56,901 bases of DNA from Chromera velia (Eukaryota): contig JAHBMJ010000107.1 in assembly GCA_018398765.1 (NCBI GenBank), forward strand, positions 1 through 56,901. The letters run 5' to 3'. A model generated the notes under the pieces. The model was not told the DNA's origin and made no database searches. It saw only the letters and a list, made by a program, of their open reading frames with translations. The position numbers and the translations under genes were made by a program. Shown in pieces: positions 25,301 through 36,534 of the stretch (its first letter is position 1; each line of letters starts with the position of its first letter).

Positions 25301-26260
25301 TCTTCTTCCTCATAAGCCTCACCTCCAACACCGAAACAGCCACCCCGGACACACTCCGAGCTCTCCGCAAAATCCAGTAATCCTCCGTGTTCCTCCTCCC
25401 TCTACACAGTGCAGTAGGCCCCCTTGTAGAAGGTTCCGCTGTGCGCACCAGCGTCCCCCTCCACTCGGAGATCACTGCACCTGCAGTCACTACATATACA
25501 TACAGAGAGTTCTCTCATACAAACCTCCTTAAATTAAAACAAACACACAGAGAACGACAGAGAACTCAAACCTCCTTCACTGAATCTCTTTGCGCAAAGC
25601 TCCTCCATAGCTGGGGCGCTTCTTAATAGGCATGGCACCTTGTGCTTCATTGCAGCAAACCAGAGACGACAATCAGTCCATAAGAATGATAATCTCCCTC
25701 ACACTCCCTCCTCCAAATTTCTTCTTCTTCCAGTTTTCTCCTTAGACAGATCCATGATTCCACTGCCCTTCAGCATTTCAGACAATCGAAAGTGATACTG
25801 ACTTCATCACTGTCGGACTCCTACTTGCTAATCAGATTGCCAACCATCACTGCTGCCCCATGTTGCCAGAAGCTCTGCTAACCAACTGTTAGAGATGCAC
25901 GTGGGGCTCTAGATATGAAATAAGAACCCTAGCAGTGTGGTGGCTCTAACTGGAGCATAAATCTTCAGATAGTCTTGAGGGAGTCCTATATCATAAGGTC
26001 TGACAATCAATGGTCATACTGCTAAGTCCATCATCATGCCCTTTTAATGGCTTCAAACAGAACGCATGCTTCACTGCAAATATCGATCAATGCACAGACG
26101 TACGCGTTCATCGATCTCACGCCCATACTCCGTGCGAGCAACCCGTCAATCAGATAAGTGCCCCGCCAGCCTTATGGCGGCGCCTCATACAGGCCCTACA
26201 GTGCACGTGGGCTGGGGTATTTCTGTTTTCTAAGTGCCCCCCACTTCGCTTTCCGGGGCC
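22366..26260. repeat. Copy 1 of a GC-rich dispersed repeat bounded by GGCCCCGGAAAG..CTTTCCGGGGCC, interrupted by an N gap and an LTR element
   Basis: 22366-22470, 22830-22880, 23062-23104 and 26201-26260 align colinearly with 27238-27538. Confidence 0.7.
23105..26200 (-). mobile_element. Decayed, internally deleted LTR retrotransposon (~3.1 kb)
   Basis: LTRs 23105-23417 and 25887-26200 (TG...CA, ~94% identical). 5-bp TSD GTACA/GTGCA. On the minus strand a PBS TGGTTAGCAGAGC lies 2 nt after the 5' LTR and a PPT GGTGAGCGGGCAGA precedes the 3' LTR. The internal region has only stop-interrupted frames. Confidence 0.9.
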
Positions 26261-27237
26261 AAAATTAATTAATTCGATATCTTACTATACTACACTCGCG
26301 TCTGGATCTGACTGCGTGGGAACCACCTGTGCAGAAATTTACATTATGGGTCCATATAATGTCCAAATCTTACTGTACTATATATATTAATATAAGGCCC
26401 CGGCCGGCAATTTTGATTCATGCGCACACAGTTGCCATTCGGGCCCAACTAATTAAACGATACATAAAAATTTCTCTATAAGACGGCCTGCGTATGTATA
26501 CTCTGATCGTACGCCGTTTCCCTTCAAAACTCAACTTAACTTGAATCGTATAATTTAATCTGCTTACTTCACGGTAATTGTTGTTAGAGTGAACGCTTGT
26601 ATGGTGTACTCCCCGACTCTCTGAGTTCATAGTTATGTTGTAAAAAGAGGAACGTGAAAAAACATCGATCCCAGCCTGTTTACGACCTGCCCCCGATCAA
26701 AGGATAAAAACTTTTGTTTGTGTTTCCTTTTCAATGCTGGACTCGACTACGGGAGCACCATGGAGTTACTGTACTATGGAGCACCTACCAAGATACGCCG
26801 GTACGCAGTGCACGCCCACTCTCGTGTCTGCGTAACGACCAGTAACGGAAAATTGTACAAGGACGCGGATCCATACTGCATCCTGCTTATCTTACTATAT
26901 TCGTGTATCGCCTTAGGGGGTAGCTCAGCTCTGCTGAGATCAGCCGAGAGGCCCTGAGATCACACGTACTCGCATAACGTATTCTTTCATTTTTAGGGGG
27001 GGGGATCGCTTCTATCTCTGTCCATCACGGTGTCACCCAAATTCCAAAATATGCCCCTCAAGCAACTCACACGGAGTTGTGATCGCATATACTTTAATTA
27101 CTTTGTACATGCATGCCCCTCAAGTAACTTGCACAGAGTTACAAGTGCATACTCGCGCGGTCCCGAAAAGTATACTTCATGCGCGTTGCCGTGGTCCCCA
27201 CCTACCCCCGCCCCATACATGCATGCACCTGCAAAAG

Positions 27238-27538
27238 ATCTGACACAAGCAAGCTTGCGCACGGCCCCGGAAAGTAAGAAAAATGAGAACTGCATAATTA
27301 ACACACACCGGCTAGCCTCGTGCCGACCCNNNNNNNNNGTGAGAAAAAAGCATGTGCGGAACCCCCCCCTCCCCCGGGAAAAAAACCTGGAGGTAAGTAA
27401 AGATTTAAAACCCATTTGACGCACGCATCTCGTAAATTTAGCCTTTCAGGGCCGGGTTTTTGGCGAAAGACACTGTGTGCACGCGTGGGCTGGGGTATTT
27501 CTGTTTTGTAAGTGCCCCCCGCTTCGCTTTCCGGGGCC
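27238..27538. repeat. Copy 2 (uninterrupted) of the GGCCCCGGAAAG-bounded repeat; MITE-like core 27263-27538
   Basis: Inverted 12-mers at 27263 and 27527-27538, flanked by AC on both sides. Contains the empty-site equivalent of the LTR insertion point (AAAGACACTGTGTGCACGCGTGGGCTGGGG). Confidence 0.65.
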
Positions 27539-28069
27539 ACATGCCTAAGCCCCCGATGGTGTGTGCATCAATCAAATTTGCGGACCCCCTAAAGGGCCCC
27601 CCGAGGCACTCACCTAACTGGTTGGGTGTATCTCGTATAAAAAGCGCGCGCAATTTGAGAGAAAAGAAAAATATTAACAGTGCATGGTGCATGCATATAT
27701 ACGCGTGTACCATCCCACATGCAGGCCATATTAATTGCAGGCCGGAGAATCGGCGGAGATATGGCGGAGATGGAAGGCCGGGTCATTCGACATTGCATGC
27801 GGTGAGCTATACATATAGAAGAACAATTGATGCACATCATGTTTGGAAGAAGTCCCTCACAAGGTTGGTCATTCGCTGCGGATTTCTTTGACGAAACGTC
27901 ACGAGCGGCCAGAGACGGTAGGCCAATCTTCCATCAAGTATATATGTTTCAGGTCTCTGCCGGCTTGTTTTGACACACATACCTAACCGATCGAGGCCTG
28001 GTGCTCTTGGCTGCTGAAAGAGCAGTGCCCCTTACCAATCTGTAGGTGAATTGAAGTTTCACGAAGAAA

Positions 28070-29266
28070 ATGCGATCGAGGGACAATTCTCCCTCTTCCT
28101 TTGGCCGTCAAGTAATGGGAGGAGGTATCCCATTGCGCAACACCCTCGCTGTCTTTCGAGGAGTTGGTCTTTCGGCAACAGCAGGGAACGGGGGAGTGGG
28201 GAATTTCATTCGAAGAATCAGGGGACCTCAAGGTGGTGTAAATATCGCAAGCCAGGCTTCTGGAGCATCAAAAGCTGCCAAAGCCCCTCCAACCCCTGTG
28301 AAAGCAGAGCAGAAAGCGGAATGCGGATCTCTCCCTCCACGATCCTCGGTCACCCCCGTCCCTCTATTTCGTCCGTTTGAAGAGGATCCCCCCCAGAGCC
28401 CACCACTTGACGTCTACGGCAGCACAGAAGGCCCGTCAACCTCAACAGACGAAGCTGCTACGAGAGCAACACTGCAACAAAAACCGAATCAAAACCCTCA
28501 AAGGCAACATCAACTTTCTCCTCCCTTGAATGCCGAAGAACCAGCATTTGCACTCAAACCCCACGTATCAGCCCTGCCCCAGGCACAGATTCCTGCAAAA
28601 CAGAACCCAACCAACCGACTCCCAGCAAACCAGCGGCCAGTGCACCAGACCGCCCTCCCACCCCATCAACAACAAAACCAGCAGGCAGTCAGACAACTGC
28701 CCTCCCAGCGCCAGCAACAACAAAAACCACACCCAACCCACGCGCCACGACCCCTTCACCAAGTACAACAATCAGCCGCCACGACTTCCCCCGTGCTGTC
28801 CCAGTCCGCCCAGTCTGCTGCTGGCTCTTCCACTTCCACAACAGCTGCCACCTCCTTGGTGGCCCCTCCGTCCTCAGGACACCCCACGCAGCAACCCGCC
28901 GCCGCCGTCTATGCAGGGTATGCTTATCCCTACGGTGCTCCGACAATGCCAGCGCCTCTGCTCTCTCACGCCCACGCAGGCTGGCCAGGCACACAGGCGT
29001 ACTCGCAGTCATATTACTCCATGCCCCACTCAACAACCTATACCAACGGATTTCCAGACCACCCCCGCCCGCACACTCATCTGCAGATGCAACACTCTGC
29101 GTACATGAGTCACGGACAGGCGGCAGGACCGCAGCAGGGTCGGCAAGCGGTTGAGGTGATTGGCTCCGTAGTGCAGAGAGCGATGCAGACCCCCGCACAC
29201 CGGAAGCCGAACTCTAACCGGGTCCGGGAGAGGGTCGAGGCCTTTTCGGTCCGGATGAATCGGTAG
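28070..29266 (+). CDS. Hypothetical single-exon P/Q/A/S-rich disordered protein (start may be ATG 28115)
   Basis: 398-codon non-microsatellite ORF with Gln/Pro-rich composition typical of disordered proteins; no recognisable domain. Confidence 0.6.
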   Translation: MRSRDNSPSSFGRQVMGGGIPLRNTLAVFRGVGLSATAGNGGVGNFIRRIRGPQGGVNIASQASGASKAAKAPPTPVKAEQKAECGSLPPRSSVTPVPLFRPFEEDPPQSPPLDVYGSTEGPSTSTDEAATRATLQQKPNQNPQRQHQLSPPLNAEEPAFALKPHVSALPQAQIPAKQNPTNRLPANQRPVHQTALPPHQQQNQQAVRQLPSQRQQQQKPHPTHAPRPLHQVQQSAATTSPVLSQSAQSAAGSSTSTTAATSLVAPPSSGHPTQQPAAAVYAGYAYPYGAPTMPAPLLSHAHAGWPGTQAYSQSYYSMPHSTTYTNGFPDHPRPHTHLQMQHSAYMSHGQAAGPQQGRQAVEVIGSVVQRAMQTPAHRKPNSNRVRERVEAFSVRMNR

Positions 29267-30300
29267 GGCTCCACGCAGACACGCGGAAAGAATGTGAATT
29301 CCATGGATGGATGGGTGACTAGACAGAAGGAGTCTGATGGCTGGGGAATGCCAGGCAGAGAAGAGAGGAGACGAGGTGCATGGGAGGATGGAGAAGTTTC
29401 GATTGACTGCATGCATGCATGGCCTTTATGGAGTGGGGGGTGGGGGGACCGCTGTGATGATCTGAAGAACGGGGGCTGAAAGAATGCCCAGAGACGAGAG
29501 AGAACTCAGTCCAGGAGGGTTATGAAGGAAGGGAATTTAAGGCGGTGGCCCAGGTGAGAAAATGAAGAGATCGAAGGGGGACCTCAGGCTGGAGAGGAGG
29601 GGAGAGAAGGCAAGAGGCTCGTGGGGAGGTGTTGTGTTTTGGGTGGGGACACGAAGACAGAGAGACAAAGAAGAGAAGAAGCTGCCGATTGGACTTGTGT
29701 GGGGTCTGTCTGTCTGGGCAGATGGAAGGCCCGCTTTCGGGTCATTCTCACTGCTCTATCCGCGTTGCTTTTACGTACCTCTCCGTCTGTCCGTTTCTCC
29801 CTCCCCTTCTTGACGTCTGTACGTTCCCTTGCAAGCTGCTTGGTCGTCTTCCGTCTGGGTAGGGCTCGCATGAGGTGGTTACATGGGGGGAACTAATTCA
29901 AGCTTGTCCTTCCTCCCTAGTTTCCTTAATTCTTCCTTCTGTTGGGAATGTATGTGTGTATGTGTGATGTATCTATATGTATGAATGTGTCTTTTTTTTT
30001 TTTTGCGTTTTTCGATTTTTTTTCATAGCCTGTATACTGACTGAAGGCAATTTCTTTCTATATAGATTTCTTTAGAAAAAATACGTGATGCAAGCCAATG
30101 AAAGCAATCCATGGTTGGTTCTTAATTAACTGGATCAGATTGGATCAGCAGCTTTATAGTCAAGAAAACGTGTAAAAACTTAAAATGCAGTATGACAGAC
30201 ATTGACAGTGTCAGACAGTATCAAAGACTGTAGTTTTACGCTAATTAAAACTTAAAAGTCTGATGATGATGATGATGATGCTACAGACCGATCAATAATA

Positions 30301-30623
30301 CCCTGCAAGGACCTAGGAATTTAGACAGGAATTTAGCTAGGAATCTAAAGGAATTTGGACCTCTAAATTCCTAAACTTTGGAGCTCAATTTCTCGTAAGC
30401 AATAATAAGTTAAAACTTGATATTAACGATGCTTATAGGTATAATATAGGTCTATAAGCACACTTAATATCAAGCTCTAATTCATCACAGTTCACGAGAA
30501 ATCGACCTCCAAAAATTGTTAAAATTCCTGTCTTTAAATTCCTTTAGATTCCTAGCAAAATTCCTCTAAATTCCTGTATAAATTCCTCTAAATTCCTGTC
30601 TGAATTCCTAGCTCCTTGCAGGG
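30301..30623. mobile_element. Foldback MITE with TA TSD (Tc1/mariner-type)
   Basis: TIR CCCTGCAAGGACCTAGGAATTTAGACAGGAATTTAG matches the reverse complement of the right end with 2 mismatches. TA flanks both ends. Subterminal AGGAATTT/AAATTCCT repeats are present and the arms pair almost to the centre (~30445). Confidence 0.85.
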
Positions 30624-30765
30624 TAATGATGATGATGATGATGAGATGACCATAGTAGGAGGTGACTCAACCTGCCAGCCATCGTGTTTCAATGGCAAAG
30701 GCTGGGGCAAAGGGTAGTCTAATGAAATTTAAGTAAACCTCGGGCTGTTTTTGACTAGGTTTTTT

Positions 30766-31182
30766 AACCATTTTTAACCTAATTCGGGTTCATAACTTCG
30801 AAGTGAATCTTGAACCTTTTCCTATCGCTAAGGTCTGAAAGTTGTGCAATTTAGTGGAATCTGTATGGATCGATATAAGTATATACGTACTATAGGCTGA
30901 AAAACAAAAAAAAGCTTACAATAGCCTATAAATTTTATAACAACTATAGTAAATTTAACAGCAGTAAATTTTATATAGGTAAATTAGTTAAAATCACTGT
31001 AGATTCTGCTAAAATCCTCTAAATTTTACGGGTTCATATTCCACTGAATCTAGCACTGAATTCGGTAGGAAACTATAAGCTAGACTATAAACTAAACTAT
31101 AAGGGTAGGGCGGCCTAGTGCTAGGAAAAGGTTCAAGGTTCACTTCGAAGTAATGAACCTGAATCAGATTCAAAAACAGGTT
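30766..31182. mobile_element. Degenerate inverted-repeat (MITE/foldback-like) element
   Basis: 30781-30830 is the reverse complement of 31116-31165 with ~6 mismatches in 50 nt. A related fragment TGAACCTTTTCC occurs at ~33648. Confidence 0.6.
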
Positions 31183-31514
31183 CACTTTTAATTAGTACAA
31201 ACTATATGCAAACTTATCGTTTCTGATATTGTATTTTGAGTTTTTACATGTTTTTTGAGCGTTTTCCTGATAGTTTTAATATTTTTTTATCATCTAAAGA
31301 TAGTGAAATATGATCTAAAGATTGCATATAAAATTTAAAATAAAAACGTAGGTTTAACGCTGGATTCAATTTGTCAACCAGTCCGGTCTGGGGTCCGGCC
31401 TAACTCGTCTTTGTGTCCGGCCTGGCCGGCCTAGACGGGGCCCACCTAGCCTTGTCTACTCCCCATGGCCGGCGGCGCCGCCTCTGCCCCCCTTGTCTAA
31501 CCTCCACCGCACCT

Positions 31515-31584
31515 TTGGCCTATGGCCTAGCCTGGGCCGCCTGGCCCCTTTGGCCTATGGCCTAGCCTGGGCCGCCTGGCCCCT
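31515..31584. repeat. Two perfect tandem copies of a 35-bp GC-rich unit
   Basis: TTGGCCTATGGCCTAGCCTGGGCCGCCTGGCCCCT x2, inside a GGCC-rich patch at 31384-31585. Confidence 0.8.
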
Positions 31585-31695
31585 CAGTCAATGCCTTTAC
31601 GGGATGTCCATTTGACCCCAATTACCCGAGCGTGGCCAAAAAATACCAGATAACGCAGTCATCAATAAATTAAAACAGCTGGAGACATTTGTTAT

Positions 31696-33383
31696 TGTTG
31701 TGTACCAGCCTGACGGCACTACATACCCACACAGAGAAACCAGCCAAGGCCCGGGCATGCTAATGGAACTGCGCGGCAGGCCGCAAGGCACGTGACCGTG
31801 TAGGTCTTTCCGGGGCCCTGACAAAGCGATTGATGTATCCTTTCGCCAACCCACGTTAACCATTGGCAATCATCCAATTGATCACCAATCAGATTTACAG
31901 ATCAATCTTTTATTTACTTTCTTGTCTGATAGTCCATGAACTAGGGTGCGCACCTGAATAACTTCTCTGTATGTCTGTAACTTGCTTACCATGTATACAA
32001 CATGGTAGCAGGAGCTTGAAAAGATCCAAGGATTCACAACAATGTTTTTCAATATGCTAGCCACCTTCTTCTCGTCCAGGTTAGTGACCGTTAGTTCAGG
32101 TCTCAAAAATTTCTTTTTTCCCAGCCAAGTAGGATGCGAGCTTCTTTCTCCTTGCCCAGCCCTTTTCAACACTCGCTTTACATAGTTTACTGACAGCGTC
32201 TGCCGACAAAAAGAGACGGTGATCAAGAACAAATCGAGCAAACAAAAATTTGAAGTCTTCTTTTGTTTGTCTCTCCATCTCCGTGCAAAGTTTAACCAGT
32301 GGGCAGGAACTCATACATATCACGCTCCCCACAAACTTTAAGGCGGAGCACACAACAGCCTCTGCTTTGCTTCGGCACATCGACTGGAGCCATGAGAAGT
32401 TTTTCAATGCAGAGAAACCTTTTTCGGGTCGGAGTCATTAAAGATTCTAGCCCGCCTCCAATCGATTGAGACGAGTCTCACACCAACCACCTCTACTACA
32501 CTGTTTGTCATCATCGAACACGTATCTTGCCCTCTTATTTTTTTTCCTCAAGTATACGGAGACGTTACCCTCTTTCTGAGCTTACCATCTTCTGTGATTC
32601 AACGAAATGCTTTGCAGTTATCTGCTTGAAGCAAGGTTTCTCTCCATCTCCCCCACCACTTTACCATCCTAGTCTAGATTCCAGTTTACCACCATAGCAA
32701 TGGCGGCAGTGGCTGATAGCCTCTTTTTCAAGTCAGCTTCTTTTTCCTGTTCTTGAACTGAATGCAATGTCCTCTTCTGATGTATTAGCCCACAAATCCT
32801 CCCTAAAAATCCTTCATAGCGGAGGTTTCAGTATGAAGAGAGCCTCATCTCCCAATATCCCCCACTTCATGGTTTGGCGACAAATCCTCCATAACAGGGG
32901 GTGCTAGCTTGAAGTGTGAGACAGAAAAGGGAGGGAAGAAAAGAAACAAACCATGCCCACAACAAAGGGGGGGGGGGAGATATGAGAAGATCGAAAGCGG
33001 CAGTCGGAAAGAAAAAGGGGGAAAAACAAAAGAAACAATCCTGTCAAACACAGAAAAGAAGAGAAAAGTAATGTGTGTTGTGTGCCAGCTTGACGGCACT
33101 ACATACCTACACAGAGAAACCAGCCAAGGCTCGAGCATGCTAATAGAACGGTGCGGTAGGCCGCAAGGCGTACGACCGTGCAGGGTCTTTCCGGGGCCCT
33201 GACAAAGCAATTGATGTATCCTTTCGCCAACTCACGTCAACCAATCACCTAATTAATCACCAATCAGATTTACAGATCGATCTTTTGTTTGCTTTTCTGT
33301 CTGACACTGTCAGTCCATGAACTAGGGTGCGCACCTGAATGACTTCTCTGTATGTCTTTAACCTGCTTACCGTGTATACGACA
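31696..33383 (+). mobile_element. Small non-autonomous LTR retroelement (TRIM-like, 1688 bp)
   Basis: LTRs 31696-32002 and 33076-33383 (TGTTGTGT...TATACRACA). Perfect 5-bp TSD GTTAT. PBS TGGTAGCAGGAGC directly after the 5' LTR; purine tract AGAAAAGAAGAGAAAAG before the 3' LTR. The ~1.07-kb interior has no intact gag/pol. Confidence 0.92.
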
Positions 33384-34299
33384 GTTATTTAGTATAAATT
33401 ACCTTGTTAGACACTCAGCTCCGGCTCTCTATTTCTCTATATTTGGCCTGGCCAGGCTTGTCTTAACAGCCACGTGCATGCATGATCCTAGCCTAAAGCA
33501 ATGCCATGGTCATGGCATAGTCTCAAAAACAGGTTCAAAACAGGTTCCCTAGGGTGGAAGTTACCGTGGAACATGTTAATCAATCAATCAATCAGGTTCA
33601 AATCAGGTTCAACAGGTTCATTTTTTCAGATTTGAACCTTTTCTAAATGAACCTTTTCCCAGCCCTAGGGTAGGCAACGTTGTTGCAATCTAGGTCGCAA
33701 TAATGATCAGATGTATACTTGCAAACGTATCTACCTAGGTATCTACCGTATCTACTAGTATCTACCAGTATCGGACTTTGAGTCTTTGACTCTTTGATCG
33801 ATCTGCTCACTTCGCATGCACGTTCGCACACATGTACACACCCAGTACATATGCATGCACACATACACACAAACATATTTCACACCTAGTTGCACACATG
33901 CATACTGTGTGCAGCATACACCGGTTGGCTTGTGACACCGATGATCGCACTAATCCACCGATCAGCGACATCTGGTGTGTGTGGGTCGCGCCCCTGATTC
34001 ATACGAATGCGTGAACCAAGCCTGTTGCCAAGAAGAGCACCCTCCGACTTCTTGGCACCCGGCCGAATGAGGGAGCCAACCTTTCCTTTAATTGCACAAA
34101 TCACCGCATTGGGAGGGAAGATGCGAAATGAGGCGGATGGAAGATCATGGAACTGAAAAAGGGACCAAGTAAGTGAAAATCTACGGCTCCACTCCAGGAG
34201 CTTTCCACACGCTCCCACAATTCATGTGAGAGCTAGGGTCAGACACGCAGCGCCTTTATGCAACAGTCAGTGGTTTGCATCGACGGGTGAGGTACCGCT

Positions 34300-36176
34300 C
34301 TATCGGCAGACGTCGCTTGGGTCGATGCCCGTGATGGTCAGCTTTGCAGTTGCAGTCAGGACGTCGCAATCCTCTGTGTCGAACTCCAGAGTCGCAACCA
34401 GGTCGAGCGGGTATGCATCGGCATTGGCTGGGATCGTCAGCCCTTCTACGAAACAGGGGGAGGGGGTGACGATAATCTGCTTCTCTTCGTTGATCTCGAT
34501 ACCTACAGAAGGAGCGAACTCTTCGCCAAGGGTTATGGTCGCACCTGAGGGACAAAATCATGATCAGCATTCTTCTCATGAATCAACACACGGAAAGAGC
34601 GAGGCGCGCCCTGAAGTCTGTACTGTCAAGTCATTCAGGAGCAAAAAGACAAAAGCATGAAGAGCACACGACAGAATTCAAAAAATAGGGACGCACTGAA
34701 GTCTGTGCTGTCAAGTCATTCAGGAGCAAAAAGACAAAAGCATGAAGAGCACACGACAGAATTCAAAAAATAGGGACGCACTGAAGTCTGTGCTGTCAAG
34801 TCATTCAGGAGCAAAAAGACAAAAGCATGAAGAGCACACGACAGAATTCAAAAAATAGGGACGCACTGAAGTCTGTGNNNNNNNNNNTGTCAAGTCATTC
34901 AGGAGCAAAAAGACAAAAGCATCAATAGCACACAACAGAATTCAAAAAATGGGGACGCACTGAAGTCTGTATTGAGAAGCCATTCAGGAGCAAAAAGACA
35001 AAAGCATGAAGAGCACACGACAGAATTCAAAAAATTGGGACGCACTGAAGTCTGTGTTGTCAAGTCATTCAGGAGCAAAAAGACAAAAGCATGAAGAGCA
35101 CACGACAGAATTCAAAAAATGGGGACGCACTGAAGTCTGTATTGTCAAGTCATTCAGGAGCAAAAAGACAAAAGCATGAAGAGCACACGACAGAATTCAA
35201 AAAATGGGGACGCACTGAAGTCTGTGTTGTCAAGTCATTCAGGAGCAAAAAGACAAAAGCATGAAGAGCACACGACAGAATTCAAAAAATAGGGACGCAC
35301 TGAAGTCTGTGCTGTCAAGTCATTCAGGAGCAAAAAGACAAAAGCATGAAGAGCACACGACAGAATTCAAAAAATGGGGACGCACTGAAGTCTGTGCTGT
35401 CAAGTCATTCAGGAGCAAAAAGACAAAAGCATGAATAGCACACAACAGAATTCAAAAAATAGGGACGCACTGAAGTCGGCAGTCGTCAAGTCATCCAGGA
35501 GCCCGTCGCATCCGGTGAGGTTGAAGACACCGGCAAAGTCGAACCGGTCCAATTCTTGTCCTGTTTCAAATGTCGCAAGGCTGACTTCCAGGCCGCACTG
35601 CAGCGGATCTTGGTCCTTGAGGCAATTGGAATTTGCAGAGACCGTTTGTCTGATGCTATCGCAGGCGAGTGTTGCGTCCTTCTCACAGGAACATTTCTTC
35701 GCCTTCTTGCCCTTGCTGGCTTCCTTGCTGCCCCCCCCGTGCTTGCTGAGGTCGAAGACATCGGCCTTAAAAAGATCCCCGAGCTTCAGGTCGGCTAGCA
35801 CGTCCTGCAGACCCCCCAGGGAACGCAAAACCAAAATTGGGTGCAGCTAGTTCAAACAAAACCTGGATATCAAATAATCCGAAGTCAGTTGGTCAAGTCA
35901 GCAAGCAATCCCTGCAGGCTTCGTTCAGAGAGCACAGACATTCGCGCGCGTTGCAAGCAGGAACGCGAAGGAAAAGGGAGGAAGTGTAAGAGAGGTAAAC
36001 GCAAATCAAGTCATCATATATCAATAGTTGTCCGTATGGTCTTTTGTCGCGTCTCCGTATGGTTTTTTTTTCTTTTTAGCCCTCAGCCAACCAAGGCTCA
36101 CCTTATCGAAGGCTGCGCGCACAAGCGGCACACCAGAGGCCAGCAAAGTCAAAGCGGCAAGACGGACCACTGCCAT
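34300..36176 (-). CDS. Hypothetical secreted Cys-containing protein, 3 exons, 217 aa
   Basis: Exons 36176-36102, 35804-35471 and 34544-34300 join in phase (654 nt). Signal peptide MAVVRLAALTLLASGVPLVRA; acidic beta-rich mature part with 9 Cys; TAG stop. Confidence 0.75.
34611..35501. repeat. 85-bp tandem array (~10 copies visible, N gap inside) filling intron 2 and overlapping the exon 2 end
   Basis: CTGAAGTC recurs at 34611, 34696, 34781, 34866, 34960, 35045, 35130, 35215, 35300, 35385 and 35470. Confidence 0.95.
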
Positions 36177-36534
36177 CTTTACGAAAAAATCGAACAAGTC
36201 AACCAATACTGGAGGAGTTCAGGGAGACGAAAAAGGAGTCGGTCCAGGGAGGGAGCTCACACCGCTAAAACAAACTGACCGGCCCCGGCTAGCTCGCTCC
36301 AGCTGTAGAGCAGTCCACTTAGCTTAGAAGGTCAGTGTCCCTTAAGGTGGCTGCCACGAGCACCTCCGGCCAGGGATTCCGGCGACTCTCATTCGATCCG
36401 CACTCTGGACGGTTGAAAATGGTTAAAAGATGTTGATTTTCGTGTTTTTCAGTTGGATATGCCGCCATGCGCATACAGTCTCCCGGGACGGTCTCCGCGT
36501 GACAATGCGTGACATGCGCGTGCAGGCAGTGGAT

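Noticed and set aside
23560..25860. Assigning the LTR interior to Gypsy or Copia
   Set aside because: Only vague integrase-C-terminal-like fragments; no RT YxDD, zinc knuckle or DDE motif readable by eye.
26914..26990. tRNA or tRNA-derived SINE (GGGGGTAGCTCAG)
   Set aside because: No T-loop GTTCRA or acceptor-stem complement downstream.
34611..35501. CRISPR-like array
   Set aside because: Head-to-tail near-identical units with no unique spacers, no cas genes, eukaryotic intron.
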